DNA of 64,000 nucleotides, from the NCBI GenBank assembly GCA_032718475.1, contig JAUCBJ010000916.1, positions 1-64,000 on the forward strand, given 5' to 3'. Shown here piece by piece: positions 16,946 through 29,580 of the stretch (its first letter is position 1; the number at the start of each line of letters is the position of its first letter). The notes under the pieces are model-generated. The model ran no database searches. It had not been told where the DNA came from and worked only from the letters and a program-made list of their open reading frames with translations. The stretch is from Nemertoderma westbladi (lineage: Eukaryota > Animalia > Xenacoelomorpha). The translations under genes and the position numbers were made by a program.

Positions 16946-18620
16946 ATCTCCCCCGGCGCAACAGGATTGGATCGATTGCGCTGTCGACCATATAGCCACG
17001 GAATTGACAATGGCTCACTGAGCAACTCACTGGCCTCACGGATAATAGCACCAAATCCAATTGGGCGAGGACCCGGTAACTCCGCTGTTTCTCTAAATAG
17101 CTGTAGTTGCTTTACAACATCGTCAACCTAGAATAATATATTTATATTTTATTCCAAAATTGTAACATTACTCAACGCCATTACTATTAACAGCGAGTTG
17201 TTATTTACTACTTTACAACTTTAGTAGAAGCATTTTAAATGTAATTTATATATAGCAGCGGAATTCACAATGGTTCACTGAGCAACTCACTGGCCTCACG
17301 GATAATAGCACCAAATCCAATTGGAAGAGGACCCGGTAACTCCCGCTGTTTCTCTAAATAGCTGTAGTTGCTTTACAACATCGTCAACCTAGAATAATAT
17401 AATATATTTTATTCCAAAATTGTAACATTACTCAACGCCGTTAGTATTAACAGTGTTGCCGTTATTCCCGACACCATGGGGGAAAAACGCCGATGCTGGA
17501 GGCGGAATTTTCAGACCATGGGATTCCGGCCAGTCACCGGATATTGGGAGTGGAGAAGGAGTACTTTCTTAAATGCAAGATTGCGATTGAGAAAACGTTG
17601 CATTGGTTGGATATAATCTTTTAATGTAACTTTCCTACAGTTGAATCTTGATTGAGAATAAGTTGGGCTTCCCCACATCAATATACACCAAATATTCACA
17701 ATAATATACGAACATATAAATTCCTACAGTACATTATTTAATTACCCACTGTTCGCTTTAGATTTTAACCTAACTAATATTCCCCATTTTCCCTCAGTCC
17801 TAGTCTCAGTACCGTAGTGTCGGTGTTGGTCGACCCTGTTGCGTGTCTGTCCCACCCTTCTCGAACCCCGAAGGGATCGGTCATCAGGAAAGCGGTATGG
17901 CTTGGCTAAGGGTCGGTCAAGTTGGTAGACCCGGTTGCGTGTCTGTCCCACCCTTCCCGAACCCCGAAGGGATCGGTCATCAGGAAAGCGGTACAGCTTG
18001 GCTAGGGGTCTGTCGAGTCGGTGGACCCATTTGCGTGTCCGTCCCACCCTTCCCGAACCCCGAAGGGATCGGTCATCAGGAAAGCGGTACGGCTTGGCTA
18101 GGGGTCCGTCAGTTCATCACAGGGACCCAACCACCTAAGCTTTCCGAATCCTTTTCAGGCTCGTAGTCGCTTCGGTAGCCAAGAAGCTGCTCCGAACAGT
18201 CGGTAGGCCAGTGGAGTCCGGTCCTTTGTCTTTCGACCCTGTTGCGTGTCCATCCCACCCTTCCCGAACCCCAAAGGGATCGGTCATCAGGAAAGCGGTA
18301 CGGCTTGGCAAGGGGTCTGTCAGCCCGTCGTGAGTCCCAACTGTTGGTAGTTTTCCGAGTCCTTATTCAGGCTCGTACTAACGCCGGTCGTGGAACCCAC
18401 TCCAGGAAGGCAGTCCTCGTCGAACCCTTCCTCCGTTTAGTCGGTCGACCCATCGCAAGTCCCTGGCGTAGTCAGCAAGCTTTCCGAGTCCTTATTCAGG
18501 CTCGTAATAACTGCCGGTGACCAGGGACCGCTAAGGATCTGTCTGTCGGTTCCCGTCGCAAATCCCTGACACAATCAGCAGACTTTCCGAGTCCTCATTC
18601 AGGCTCGTAATAACTGCTGT
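16946..18620 (-). repeat. GC-rich composite repeat, truncated copy 1 (terminal piece + ~260-bp P units + A unit)
   Basis: Near-identical to 20479-~22311, with the same satellite junction (ataca|atctcccccggcgc). It ends by rejoining the satellite at ctgctgt|agatataaat. Confidence 0.9.
17840..18310 (-). ncRNA. Putative structured RNA: four K-turn/UUCG hairpin units (96-bp period, subfamily A)
   Basis: Minus strand reads TCCT-GAT-GA-C-CGATCCC-TTCG-GGGTTCG-G-GA-AGGG, which matches the K-turn consensus (C-stem, 3-nt bulge, tandem G-A/A-G pairs) with a cUUCGg loop. Folded by eye; there is no expression evidence. Confidence 0.45.
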
Positions 18621-20478
18621 AGATATAAATCACATACAGTGGATATAAATTACATATATATCACATACAGTGGATATAAATCACATACAGTAGATACAAA
18701 TTACATATAAATCATATACAGTAGATATAAATTACATATAAATCACATACAGTGGATATAAATTACATACAGTAGATATAAATTACATATAAATCACATA
18801 CAGTAGATATAAATTACATATAAATTACATACAGTAGATATAAATTACATACAGTAGATATAAATTACATATAAATCACACACAGTGGATATTAATTACA
18901 TACAGTAGATATAAATTACATATAAATCTCATACAGTGAATATAAATTACATACAGTAGATATAAATTACATATAAATCACATACAGTGGATATGAATTA
19001 CATATAAATCACATACAGTGGATATAAATTACATACAGTAGATATAAATTACATACAGTAGATATAAATTACATATAAATCACATAAAGTAGATATAAAG
19101 TACTTATAAATCACATACAGTGGATATAAATGACATACAGTAGATATAAATTACATATAAATCACATACAGTGGATATAAATTACATATAAATCACATAC
19201 AGTAGATATAAATCACATACAGTAGACATAATTCACATACAGTAGATATAAATTACATATAAATCACATACAGTAGATATAAATTACATATAAATCACAC
19301 ACAGTGGATATTAATTACATACAGTGGATATAAATTACATATAAATCACATAAGGTGGATATAAAGTATATACAGTAGATATAAATTACATATAAATTAC
19401 ATACAGTAGATATAAATTACATATAAATCACATACAGTAGATATAAATTATATACAGTAGATATAAATTACATGCAGTGGATATAAATTACATACAGTAG
19501 ATATAAATTACATATAAATCACATACAGTAGATATAAATCACACACAGTAGATATAAATTATATACAGTAGATATAAATTACATATAAATCACATACAGC
19601 AGATATAAATTACATATAAATTACATACAGTAGATATAAATTACATATAAATCACATACAGTGGATATAAATTACATATAAATCACATACGGTGGATATA
19701 AATTACATACAGTAGATATAAATTACACATAAATCACATACCGTGGATATAAATTACATATAAATTACATACAGTAGATATAAATCACATACAGTAGATA
19801 TAAATTACATATAAATCATATACAGTGGATATAAATTACATACAGTAGATATAAATCACATACAGTAGATATAAATTACATATAAATCACATACCGTGGA
19901 TATAAATTACATATAAATTACATACAGTAGATATAAATCACATACAGTAGATATAAATTACATATAAATCATATACAGTGGATATAAATTACATACAGTA
20001 GATATAAATTACACATAAATCACATACCGTGGATATAAATTACATATAAATTACATACAGTAGATATAAATCACATACAGTAGATATAAATTACATATAA
20101 ATCACATACAGTGGATATAAATTACATATAAATCACATACAGTAGATATAAATCACATACAGTAGATATAAATTACATATAAATCACATACAGTGGATAT
20201 AAATTATATATAAATTACATACAGTAGATATAAATTACATATAAATCACATACAGTGGATATAAATTAAATATAAATCACATACAGTGGATATAAATTAC
20301 ATATAAATCAAATACAGTGGATATAAATTACATACAGTGGATATAAATTACATACAGTAGATATAAATCACATACAGTGGATATAAATTACATATAAATC
20401 ACATACAGTAGATATAAATCACATACAGCGGATATAAATTACATATAAATCACATACAGTAGATATAAATCACATACA
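18621..20478. repeat. Second block of the AT-rich satellite
   Basis: Same 9/11-bp words. It shares rare variants with 15.6-16.9 kb, e.g. taaagtagatataaagtactta at ~16051 and ~19085. Confidence 0.97.
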
Positions 20479-21625
20479 ATCTCCCCCGGCGCAACAGGAT
20501 TGGATCGATTGCGCTGTCGACCATATAGCCACGGAATTGACAATGGCTCACTGAGCAACTCACTGGCCTCACGGATAATAGCACCAAATCCAATTGGGCG
20601 AGGACCCGGTAACTCCGCTGTTTCTCTAAATAGCTGTAGTTGCTTTACAACATCGTCAACCTAGAATAATATACTTATATTTTATTCCAAAATTGTAACA
20701 TTACTCAACGCCGTTAGTGTTAACAGCGAGTTGTTATTTACTACTTTACAACTTTAGAAGCATTTTAAATGTAATTTATATATAGCAGCGGAATTGACAA
20801 TGGCTCACTGAGTAACTCACTGGCCTCACGGATAATAGCACCAAATCCAATTGGAAGAGGACCCGGTAACTCCGCTGTTTCTCTAAATAGCTGTAGTTGC
20901 TTTACAACATCGTCAACCTAGAATAATATATTTATATTTTATTCCAAAATTGTAACATTACTCAACGCCGTTAGTATTAACAGCGAGTTGTTATTTACTA
21001 CTTTACAACTTTAGAAGCATTTTAAATGTAATTTATATATAGCAGCGGAATTGACAATGGCTCACTGAGCAACTCACTGGCCTCACGGATAATAGCACCA
21101 AATCCAATTGGAAGAGGACCCGGTAACTCCGCTGTTTCTCTAAATAGCTGTAGTTGCTTTACAACATCGTCAACCTAGAATAATATATTTCTATTTTATT
21201 CCAAAATTGTAACATTACTCAACGCCGTTAGTATTAACAGTGTTGCCATTATTCCCGACACCATGGGGGAAAAACGCCGATGCTGGAGGCGGAATTTTCA
21301 GACCACGGGATTCCGGCCAGTCACCGGATATTGGGAGTGGAGAAGGAGTACTTTCTTAAATGCAAGATTGCGATTGAGAAAACGTTGCATTGGTTGGATA
21401 TAATCTTTTAATGTAACTTTCCTACAGTTGAATCTTGATTGAGAATAAGTTGGGCTTCCCCACATCAATATACACCAAATATTCACAATAATATACGAAC
21501 ATATAAATTCCTACAGTACATTATTTAATTACCCACTGTTCGCTTTAGATTTTAACCTAACTAATATTCCCCATTTTCCCTCGGTCCTAGTCTCAGTACC
21601 GTAGTGTCGGTGTCGGTCGACCCTG

Positions 21626-22005
21626 TTGCGTGTCCGTCCCACCCTTCCCGAACTCCTAAGGGATCGGTCATCAGGAAAGCGGTACGGCTTGGCTAGGGGT
21701 CTGTCGAGTTGGTGGACCCGTTTGCGTGTCCGTCCCACCCTTCCCGAACCCCGAAGGGATCGGTCATCAGGAAAGCGGTACGGCTTGGCTAGGGGTCCGT
21801 CGGTTCAGCACAGGGACCCAACCACCTAAGCTTTCCGAATCCTTTTCAGGCTCGTAGTCGCTTCGGTAGCCGAGAAGCTGCTCCGAACAGTCGGTAGGCC
21901 AGTGGAGTCCGGTCCTTTGTATTTCGACCCCGTTGCGTGTCTGTCCCACCCTTCCCGAACCCCAAAGGGATCGGTCATCAGGAAAGCGGTACAGCTTGGC
22001 AAGGG
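21626..22005 (-). ncRNA. Putative structured RNA: three K-turn hairpin units (subfamily A)
   Basis: Same motif as 17840-18310. Loop variants UUAG and UUUG occur in two copies. Confidence 0.4.
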
Positions 22006-22849
22006 GTCTGTCAGCCCGTTGTGAGTCCCAACTGTTGGTAGTTTTCCGAGTCCTTATTCAGGCTCGTACTAACGCCGGTCGTGGAACCCACTCCAGGAAG
22101 GCAGTCCTCGTCGAAACCTTCCTCCGTTTAGTCAGTCGACCCGTCACAAGTCCCTGGTGTAGTCGGCAAGCTTTCCGAGTCCTTATTCAGGCTCGTAATA
22201 ACTGCCAGTGACCAGGGACCGCTAAGGATCTGTCTGTCGGTTCCCGTCGCAAATCCCTGACACAATCAGCAGACTTTCCGAGTCCTTATTCAGGCTCGTA
22301 ATAACTGCTGTTGGCCAGGGACCGCTAAGGGCAGTCCTTGTCCCTAGGCCTAGCGAGTTACCAAATCCACCTCTACAGGCAGCAGGAAGTTGGCTAGGCC
22401 TAATAGTATTCAGGTAAACCTGAGTACTGCTTGATTTTGCCTCCCACCCTTGGCCCTTATGTTGCCGTTATCCCTACACCAGGGGGGAAAAACGCCGATG
22501 CTGGAGACGTGACTTTACAGACCACCGAGCCCCGGCCAGTCACCGGATATTGATTGTGGAGAAGGAATGTTTTCTGAGATGCAAGTTTGCGGTTGATAAA
22601 AAGCTGCATTAGTTGGATATACTCTTTAATGTAACTTCCTACAGTTGAAACCTGATTAAGAATAATTTTGGGCTTCCCCAAATCAATATACACCAAATAT
22701 TCACAATAATTATACACGATAATATAAATCCCTACTGAATACTGCTTAATTACCCACTGTTCGCTCAGATTTTAGCCTACCTAATGTTCCCCAGATTTTT
22801 CCCTTGGTCCTAGTCTTAGTGCCGTAGTGTCGGTGTCGGTCGACCCTGT

Positions 22850-23625
22850 CGCGTGTCCGTTCCACCCCTCACGAACCCCGAAGGGAACGATCATCGAGAA
22901 CCAGCACGGCTTAGCTAAGGGTCGGTCCAGTCGGTGGACTCTGTCGCGTATCCGTACCGCCCCTCTCGAACCCCGAAGGGATCGGTCATCGAGAACCAGT
23001 ACGGCTTGGCTAGGAGTCTGTCGTGTCGGTGGACCCGTTCGCGTGTCCGTTCCACCCCTCACGAACCCCGAAGGGTTCGATCATCGAGAACCAGAACGGC
23101 TTGGCTAGGGGTCCGTCGGTTCATCGCAGAAACCCAACCACCTAGGCTTTCCGAGTCCCTTTCAGGCTCGTAGTCGCTTCGGCAGCCGAGAAACTGCTCC
23201 GAACAGTCGGTAGGCCAGTAGAGTCTAGTCCTTTGTCTTTCGACCCCGTCGCGTGTCCGTCCCACCCCTCACGAACCCCGAAGGGAACGATCATCAAGAA
23301 CCAGTACGGCTTGGCTAAGGGGTCTGTCGTCGGTTCCCGTCGCAGATCCCCGGTACAAGCAGTCAGCGTTCCGAGTTATTTTCAGTCTCGTAATAGCTGC
23401 CGTTGACCAGAGACCGCTAAGGGCAGTCCTCGTCAAACCCGTCCTGTGGCCAGCCCTTTCGCATGTCCGTCCCACCCCTCGCGAACCCCGAAGGGATTGG
23501 TCATCGAGAACCAGTACGGCTTAGCTCAGGGGGCAGTCGTTAGTCGGCCACCCGTTCGCGTGTCCGCTCCACCCCTCACGAACCCCGAAGGGTTCGATCA
23601 TCGAGAACCAGAACGGCTTGGCTAC
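22850..23625 (-). ncRNA. Putative structured RNA: six K-turn/UUCG hairpin units (subfamily B)
   Basis: Minus strand reads TCTC-GAT-GA-T-CG..CCC-TTCG-GGG..CG-T-GA-GGGG. The K-turn core is kept although the flanking pairs differ from subfamily A. Confidence 0.45.
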
Positions 23626-24129
23626 TAAGGGGCTGTCGTTTCCCTAACTTATATTTATTTCTTATATTTATTTATTTCCTCCAAAATTATAAAATAAAAA
23701 TAACGCCCAATACCCTACAAAATTGATTGCTGGGTTGATTGGTGTGAGCTTCCGCTATAGCATAGCTAGTGTAGTTTTAGCTCACCCCTGCATCTGGAGA
23801 GTTCTAGAATGTTTAAAGTAAATTTAATTATACAGATAGGTGGGTGCGGTGCGGTTGACTGCTGTCGGAATTTTATAAATATTTGTTTTTTCCTGCATGT
23901 AAAAAAATAAATTTGTGGTATGTACAAGACTGCATAGCAAACTGATGATAACCAATAGGGGAGAATGTATATGTAAAGAAAAAAGTATGAAACTATATAT
24001 ATGACGCAAAATATGTAAAGGAAAATATATTTATATAACGCAAGTTGTTGATAACCAATTGGGGAGAATGTATATGAAAAAAGGATAATGAAAAAATATA
24101 TGTATGCTATTGAAATTGAAATGGTTTAA

Positions 24130-27100
24130 TCATATCTGCAGTAAGTGGTATTTTAATTTTTTCTTAAATATCGCCAGGTTTCGACTGTCCCTAATAAGTT
24201 GTGATAATGAGTTCCACAAAAGTGGCCCTTGCATAGATAATGAAAGATGGCGAACATCCAAACGAGCCGGAGGTAAATGATACAGGCCAGAGGAAGCAGA
24301 GCGAGTATTATATGAGTGAACCGAAGAGGCTTTAGTAAAGAGGTAAGCTAGAGGGTGAGATGGATTATTATGGACTTCAAACATGAGTATTAGCACCTGG
24401 TATTTATAGAGGAGATCTAGAGGTAGGATACGTAATTGTTGGTAGATGGGATAGGATGAGGATTGAGAATGATTAAATGTGATACAACGCAATATCTTAT
24501 TGATTTTTATTTTCAAAGGATCTGTGTTTGACTTGTAAGTGCCGCCCCAAACAATCAAGCCATAGAAAATGTAAGGATAAATTAATGTATTAAAAAGCAT
24601 GCGGAGTAACTCTCTAGAAAGTATATGTCGAAGTTTATAGAACAGTCCACCTGTTTTAGAAATTTTTTTAAGTATGTATTTAATGTGCGCCTTAAATGTG
24701 AGTTTATCATCTATAATTATGCCTAAGTATTTTGCAGCGGACGTGTATCTGATGGGTTTGTTGTTGATATTAATTGTTGTGCTTGGTAAGTTGAAATTTT
24801 GCGAGAATGTAAATATGGAGTATTCTGTTTTATCGGTGTTTAAGGTTAATTTATTATCTATCAGCCAATCATTAATTAAATTACTTTCGGTATTTATAGT
24901 ATTAGTTAATCTGGTTATGTTACTATCGTGGAACATGAGAGATGTATCGTCTGCAAACAAAGTGGCAATGAGAGAGGTTGCATTTGGGAGATCATTTATA
25001 TAAAGTAAAAAAAGAATTGGGCCTAGTACCGAACCTTGCGGGATACCACAGGTGATTGAATTGACTAAAGATGACGTAACACCTAATGAAACAAACTGTT
25101 TACGATTGGATAAGTAATCTGAGAAAATCGACAGAGGGGTACCGCGTATACCATATGACTGAAGTTTCTTTATAAGGATGGAGTGGTCAAGAGTATCAAA
25201 TGCCTTACGGAGGTCTATATATACTAAACAAGAGGATTGATGATTATCGAGAGCATTTCGAATTGACTCCACTATATTTATTACTGCATATGATGTGGTG
25301 AATTTTTTCCGGAAGCCGAATTGATTACGCGAAATTACATTGAATTTATTAAGGTATGCTATAAGCTGGTTGTATAAAACTGTTTCGAAAATTTTATGGA
25401 AAACAGGGAGGAGGGAGATTGGACGGTAGTTTGTAGGAAGAAATGGGTTACCACCCTTATAAGCTGGAATGACCTTTGCTAACTTAAGACAATCAGGAAA
25501 ATGCCCTAGTCGTAAACTGAGATTAATCAAGCTACATAAATGAGTAGATATAAATGGGGCCGCAAGCTTTACTAAAGAAATCGGAAAATCGTCATTGGAG
25601 GCGCACTTCTCATCTAATTGTAAAATGATGTAATGAATTTCAGCGGGAGATGTTTCTGAAAGTCCGAAGGAATTGGATTTGGAATGTCTTACATGGCGAG
25701 TAGGACAACGAGAACTTGAAGCAAATTGTGAAGCAAGTTGAGGACCAATGTTGGAAAAGAAATTGTTAAAGGCGTTGGCTATATCAGCTGGATTGGAGAG
25801 AGAAATAATTTCCCTGTCTTTGTCCACGTTTAATCTCTTTGGTGTTGATGTTTTTGCAGAACGGTGTAATAAAGAGTTTAATGTTTTCCAAGTCTTACGC
25901 ATATTATTAGAATTTTTATTGAATTCGGAGTTGTAGTATTGTTTTTCAGCTGCTCTAAGTAGTGTGGTTAATTTATTTCTGTATAATTTATAACGATTAT
26001 GATTTTCAGTTGTGGGTGATTTAGAATATATTGCGTATAATAAGTTTTTCTTTTTTATTCCTAAAATTAGCGATTTTGTGAGCCAAGGTTTCTTTGGAAC
26101 ATCTCGTTTTTGTACAACCACGGAGGGAAGGTTATCCTTGCAAATATTTGTGAAGTCATCATAAAAACTTTCTAGTTTAAGTTTGTCAGGGGTGTTATTA
26201 GCTGAATATCTAAAGGAAAAGTTTCGTACATCATTAGTAAACCTATCTTTATTAAATTGTGAGTAATCGTAAGTGCGCTTTGTATCAGGAGGAAGAAAAA
26301 ACATAGAATAATCAGTTAAAACCATGAAAGTAGGAAGGTGGTCGGTAGTACCAGTTTCTGTTAAAAATACACCAGGTGAGCAAATAGATGAGTGTATATT
26401 ACAAAGGATGTGGTCTATAGTAGATCTAGAATAGGGAGTGATACGAGTATGTTGGTTTATAGTTTGAGTGAAGCCGTTAGAAGATATTGTATTAATATAT
26501 TCACTAGTACGAGGCTTATTTGGTTTAGAAACATCAATATTATAATCACCGGTTATAACAACGTCGTAATTTGTTGAGGCCAATTTGGAAAGTGTATCAT
26601 TAAAACCTTTATTAAAACTATCAAATTCTATTTCGTCTGAGCGATAAATACATCCAATTATTAAGGGCTTATTAGGGTGAGGCCTCGCCACTTCTATCCA
26701 GCAATTTTCAGGGCCGTTGAAATGAAGGTCGGGTCGTATTGATGTTTCTAAATCGGAGCGCGCATAAATAGCCGTGCCTCCTCTGGCTAGTCTCTTACCC
26801 CATTTTCGAAAATCACAGTAAGGTTCCTTAAAACCACGAACGGCAACTTCATTTAATACACTATCTTTAGTTAAAAACGTTTCAGAAAAAGTCAGAATGT
26901 CGAAATTGGCATTCATAGATTCCAAAAAATTTGTTATTGCACATATATTTGCGTTTAAGCTCCTGCAATTTAAATGCATTAATGAAAAATTCGATCTGCT
27001 GTCATTTCCGTAAAATTGGTTATCAAATATTGTTTCATTAAAGTAATCCCCTAGAATCAAATTGCAATTCAAGTTATCGTCAGGATTAATATCACTAAAG

Positions 27101-27420
27101 ATGTTGCCAGCAGCCTGTATGTCTTCACAATTAACTTCACCCGTTTCATTAGAAAATATATCGAGATCGTCATTTTCAACACTACCAAAAGGAAATAGAT
27201 AATGATAACAAAAATTGCACCAGTGTGATAAAATGGTAGTGTCTGAAAAATCGATAGTCTCAAAGAATGAACCACATTGTCGGTGATATTTCTGTTTACA
27301 AAGATTGCAGTTGATAATTAAATCTGAATTTTGAAAAGTTGAAAAACAAAGACCGCACCCAATGCCAACAGCCGTCGTCGCACTACCACTATAATTAGTG
27401 TCTGACGCAATTTGTTGCAT
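24130..27420 (-). CDS. LINE ORF2 (1096 aa): N-terminal PHD-like finger, APE endonuclease, reverse transcriptase
   Basis: PHD pattern CGLC..CNLC..H..C..WCNFC. APE motifs HLNCRSL, SETFL, GDYNID, IDHI, TDH. RT motifs NYRPISLL, QFGFR, DLRKAFD, GIPQGSVLGP, FADD, KYLG. Confidence 0.95.
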   Translation of the reverse strand: MQQIASDTNYSGSATTAVGIGCGLCFSTFQNSDLIINCNLCKQKYHRQCGSFFETIDFSDTTILSHWCNFCYHYLFPFGSVENDDLDIFSNETGEVNCEDIQAAGNIFSDINPDDNLNCNLILGDYFNETIFDNQFYGNDSRSNFSLMHLNCRSLNANICAITNFLESMNANFDILTFSETFLTKDSVLNEVAVRGFKEPYCDFRKWGKRLARGGTAIYARSDLETSIRPDLHFNGPENCWIEVARPHPNKPLIIGCIYRSDEIEFDSFNKGFNDTLSKLASTNYDVVITGDYNIDVSKPNKPRTSEYINTISSNGFTQTINQHTRITPYSRSTIDHILCNIHSSICSPGVFLTETGTTDHLPTFMVLTDYSMFFLPPDTKRTYDYSQFNKDRFTNDVRNFSFRYSANNTPDKLKLESFYDDFTNICKDNLPSVVVQKRDVPKKPWLTKSLILGIKKKNLLYAIYSKSPTTENHNRYKLYRNKLTTLLRAAEKQYYNSEFNKNSNNMRKTWKTLNSLLHRSAKTSTPKRLNVDKDREIISLSNPADIANAFNNFFSNIGPQLASQFASSSRCPTRHVRHSKSNSFGLSETSPAEIHYIILQLDEKCASNDDFPISLVKLAAPFISTHLCSLINLSLRLGHFPDCLKLAKVIPAYKGGNPFLPTNYRPISLLPVFHKIFETVLYNQLIAYLNKFNVISRNQFGFRKKFTTSYAVINIVESIRNALDNHQSSCLVYIDLRKAFDTLDHSILIKKLQSYGIRGTPLSIFSDYLSNRKQFVSLGVTSSLVNSITCGIPQGSVLGPILFLLYINDLPNATSLIATLFADDTSLMFHDSNITRLTNTINTESNLINDWLIDNKLTLNTDKTEYSIFTFSQNFNLPSTTININNKPIRYTSAAKYLGIIIDDKLTFKAHIKYILKKISKTGGLFYKLRHILSRELLRMLFNTLIYPYIFYGLIVWGGTYKSNTDPLKIKINKILRCITFNHSQSSSYPIYQQLRILPLDLLYKYQVLILMFEVHNNPSHPLAYLFTKASSVHSYNTRSASSGLYHLPPARLDVRHLSLSMQGPLLWNSLSQLIRDSRNLAIFKKKLKYHLLQI

Positions 27421-27679
27421 TATACAATGTGTTATGTTGCAATATTTATCTTAAGTGGCCGCTAAAATTCAAATTACATTCCCCAGCAACCAATGTGGTA
27501 TATACCGGTATCTACCTATAATCTATTATAGTATATATCCGGTATAACACATGTCATATATGATACACTAAACGTGGACCAGAATTAAATGTTTTACACG
27601 TAATACGCATTATATACACAAATTACATATTGATGTCCTAAATAAGGTTCTAATATATATATATAGCCCAAACCACCGG

Positions 27680-28400
27680 TATAAAAAGTATTTAGTATAA
27701 TATATCGTGCCCTGAATATATATAAAAAATAGAAATACATAGTTTAAACTTCTATTATATAAAGCCCATACTAACGGTATAACACGTAATAGTACAACAT
27801 ATTGTACCGTGATAGTATAATATATCGTACCCTGAATATATATATATAAAATAGAAATACATAGTTTAAACTTCTATTATATAAAGCCCATACTAACGGT
27901 ATAACACGTAATAGTACAACATATTGTACCGTGATAGTATAATATATCGTACCCTGAATATATATATATAAAATAGAAATACATAGTTTAAACTTCTATT
28001 ATATAAAGCCCATACTAACGGTATAACACGTAATAGTACAACATATTGTACCGTGATAGTATAATATATCGTACCCTGAATATATATATATAAAATAGAA
28101 ATACATAGGTTAAACTTATATTATAGCCCATACTAACGGTATAACACGTAATAGTACAACATATTGTACCGTGATAGTATAATATATCGTACCCTGAATA
28201 TATATATATAAAATAGAAATACATAGGTTAAACTTATATTATAGCCCATACTAACGGTATAACACGTAGGCCTAATAGTACAACATATTGTACCGTGATA
28301 GTATAATATATCGTACCCTGAATATATATATATAAAATAGAAATACATAGGTTAAACTTCTATTATTGCCCATACTAACGGTATAACACCTATTAGTTTA
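27680..28400. repeat. ~118-124-bp tandem repeat (about 6 copies) in the LINE inter-ORF spacer
   Basis: ctaacggt recurs at 27771, 27893, 28015, 28133, 28251 and 28375. Confidence 0.92.
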
Positions 28401-28830
28401 ATATATCACCGATATACTGATATAGGCCCTAGTACATAATGGTACAGTATTGGCATTATATATCGCAGCCCTTCTAGCCTATATTACCAGAAGGTAAAGA
28501 AATAAAAATAAATCAAAAAAAGAAATAATAATAAATCAAGACTTAGCCAATAATAGAAAAATAAACCAAAATGCAACTTCAAATTTTCCGGACTAACAGC
28601 ATATTCACTTGTTACTGTTATATAGGCTCTAATAGTAATGAGTAAGACTACAATAGAAAAATAAATGGACTGACCGACATGCAGATTTATACCAGTATGT
28701 AGAGATTTTAATGTTTGGGGAAAGCATCAACGTCGAAATACAGCTCGGAACATTCATTATAGTAGTATGTTAGCTAAACCCAAGAAATTGGTGGGTCATA
28801 CCAATTTAACAAAAAAACCAGTAAGATAAA

Positions 28831-29580
28831 TTACCTGTTCCTGTTCCCTTCATTGACCATATGGGATGGACTGACTTGGAGGGCACGAATAGCCACGACA
28901 TCAGAATCCGAACATATCTTCTTTGGTATCGATTTCTCCGCGGTGCAAACAAATACAGATCCATTGCGTGTGAAGTAAGAGAATATTAACTTAGCCCGAT
29001 GTAATTCGCGCACGCGGGTAATTAATTTCGAGCCCGTGGGGGTAAGATGTTCCGTAATCGATAAAGGACGCTTCAACTTTTTCTTATTAACCAAGGCAGT
29101 TATACGAGCGCTGTGGCCGTAGAACCGAATAATTAATAGTCGAGGTTTTGGTGGCTCGCTTGTTAAAGAAGACGAATGCGTGGCCGAGGGACCAGTCGGC
29201 TTCGATGTTTTACCTAACCTGTGGTACAAATCAACGTCACTAATCGAGAGGTTTAGAGGGGATAGCACTTCTGAGATAAGCTGATGACGCTCTTCGTCGG
29301 GGCTGACCACCTCTGGAAGGTGATGAACAAGTATGTTGTGGCGTCGTTGATAAGAGGTAAGCTCTTCGTTATCGTGATGGAGTTCCGCCTGTTGTCTCTG
29401 TATTGTTGTATTGGTCTCGGTAATTACTCGATTGTTGGTTTCGAGATTATCCAATCTCGAACAAACTGCAACGATTTCAGATCGTGATTCGCGAACGTCT
29501 TTTATTATGTCAGACTGGCCCTGTTGTAGATCGTCAAGACGGGCGAGGATTTCCTCGCCCACATCTTTCCACGTAGGCAT
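28831..29580 (-). CDS. LINE ORF1 (249 aa): coiled coil plus L1-ORF1p-like RRM/CTD nucleic-acid-binding protein
   Basis: Heptad-rich N-terminus, then motifs RRHNILVHHLPE, HRLGK, PRLLIIRF, ITEHLT and FTRNGSVFV, typical of this ORF1 class. It lies upstream of ORF2 on the same strand. Confidence 0.85.
   Translation of the reverse strand: MPTWKDVGEEILARLDDLQQGQSDIIKDVRESRSEIVAVCSRLDNLETNNRVITETNTTIQRQQAELHHDNEELTSYQRRHNILVHHLPEVVSPDEERHQLISEVLSPLNLSISDVDLYHRLGKTSKPTGPSATHSSSLTSEPPKPRLLIIRFYGHSARITALVNKKKLKRPLSITEHLTPTGSKLITRVRELHRAKLIFSYFTRNGSVFVCTAEKSIPKKICSDSDVVAIRALQVSPSHMVNEGNRNR

Noticed and set aside
17850-18310. Hammerhead ribozyme in the 96-bp units (minus-strand CTGATGA-stem-GAA)
   Set aside because: The core is GAAG rather than GAAA, no proper stem I/III with NUH was found, and subfamily B changes CUGA to UCGA and GAA to GAG. 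A K-turn explains both subfamilies.
22850-23625. SECIS element or box C/D snoRNA
   Set aside because: The helix above the GA pairs is only ~7 bp with a UUCG loop (no apical AAR, no 11-12-bp helix), and there is no terminal RUGAUGA/CUGA pair with guide regions.
17511-23628. Short ORFs in the composite repeat (and their copies at 30109-31935)
   Set aside because: Overlapping frames on both strands, non-ATG starts, periodic peptides and no recognisable domain.
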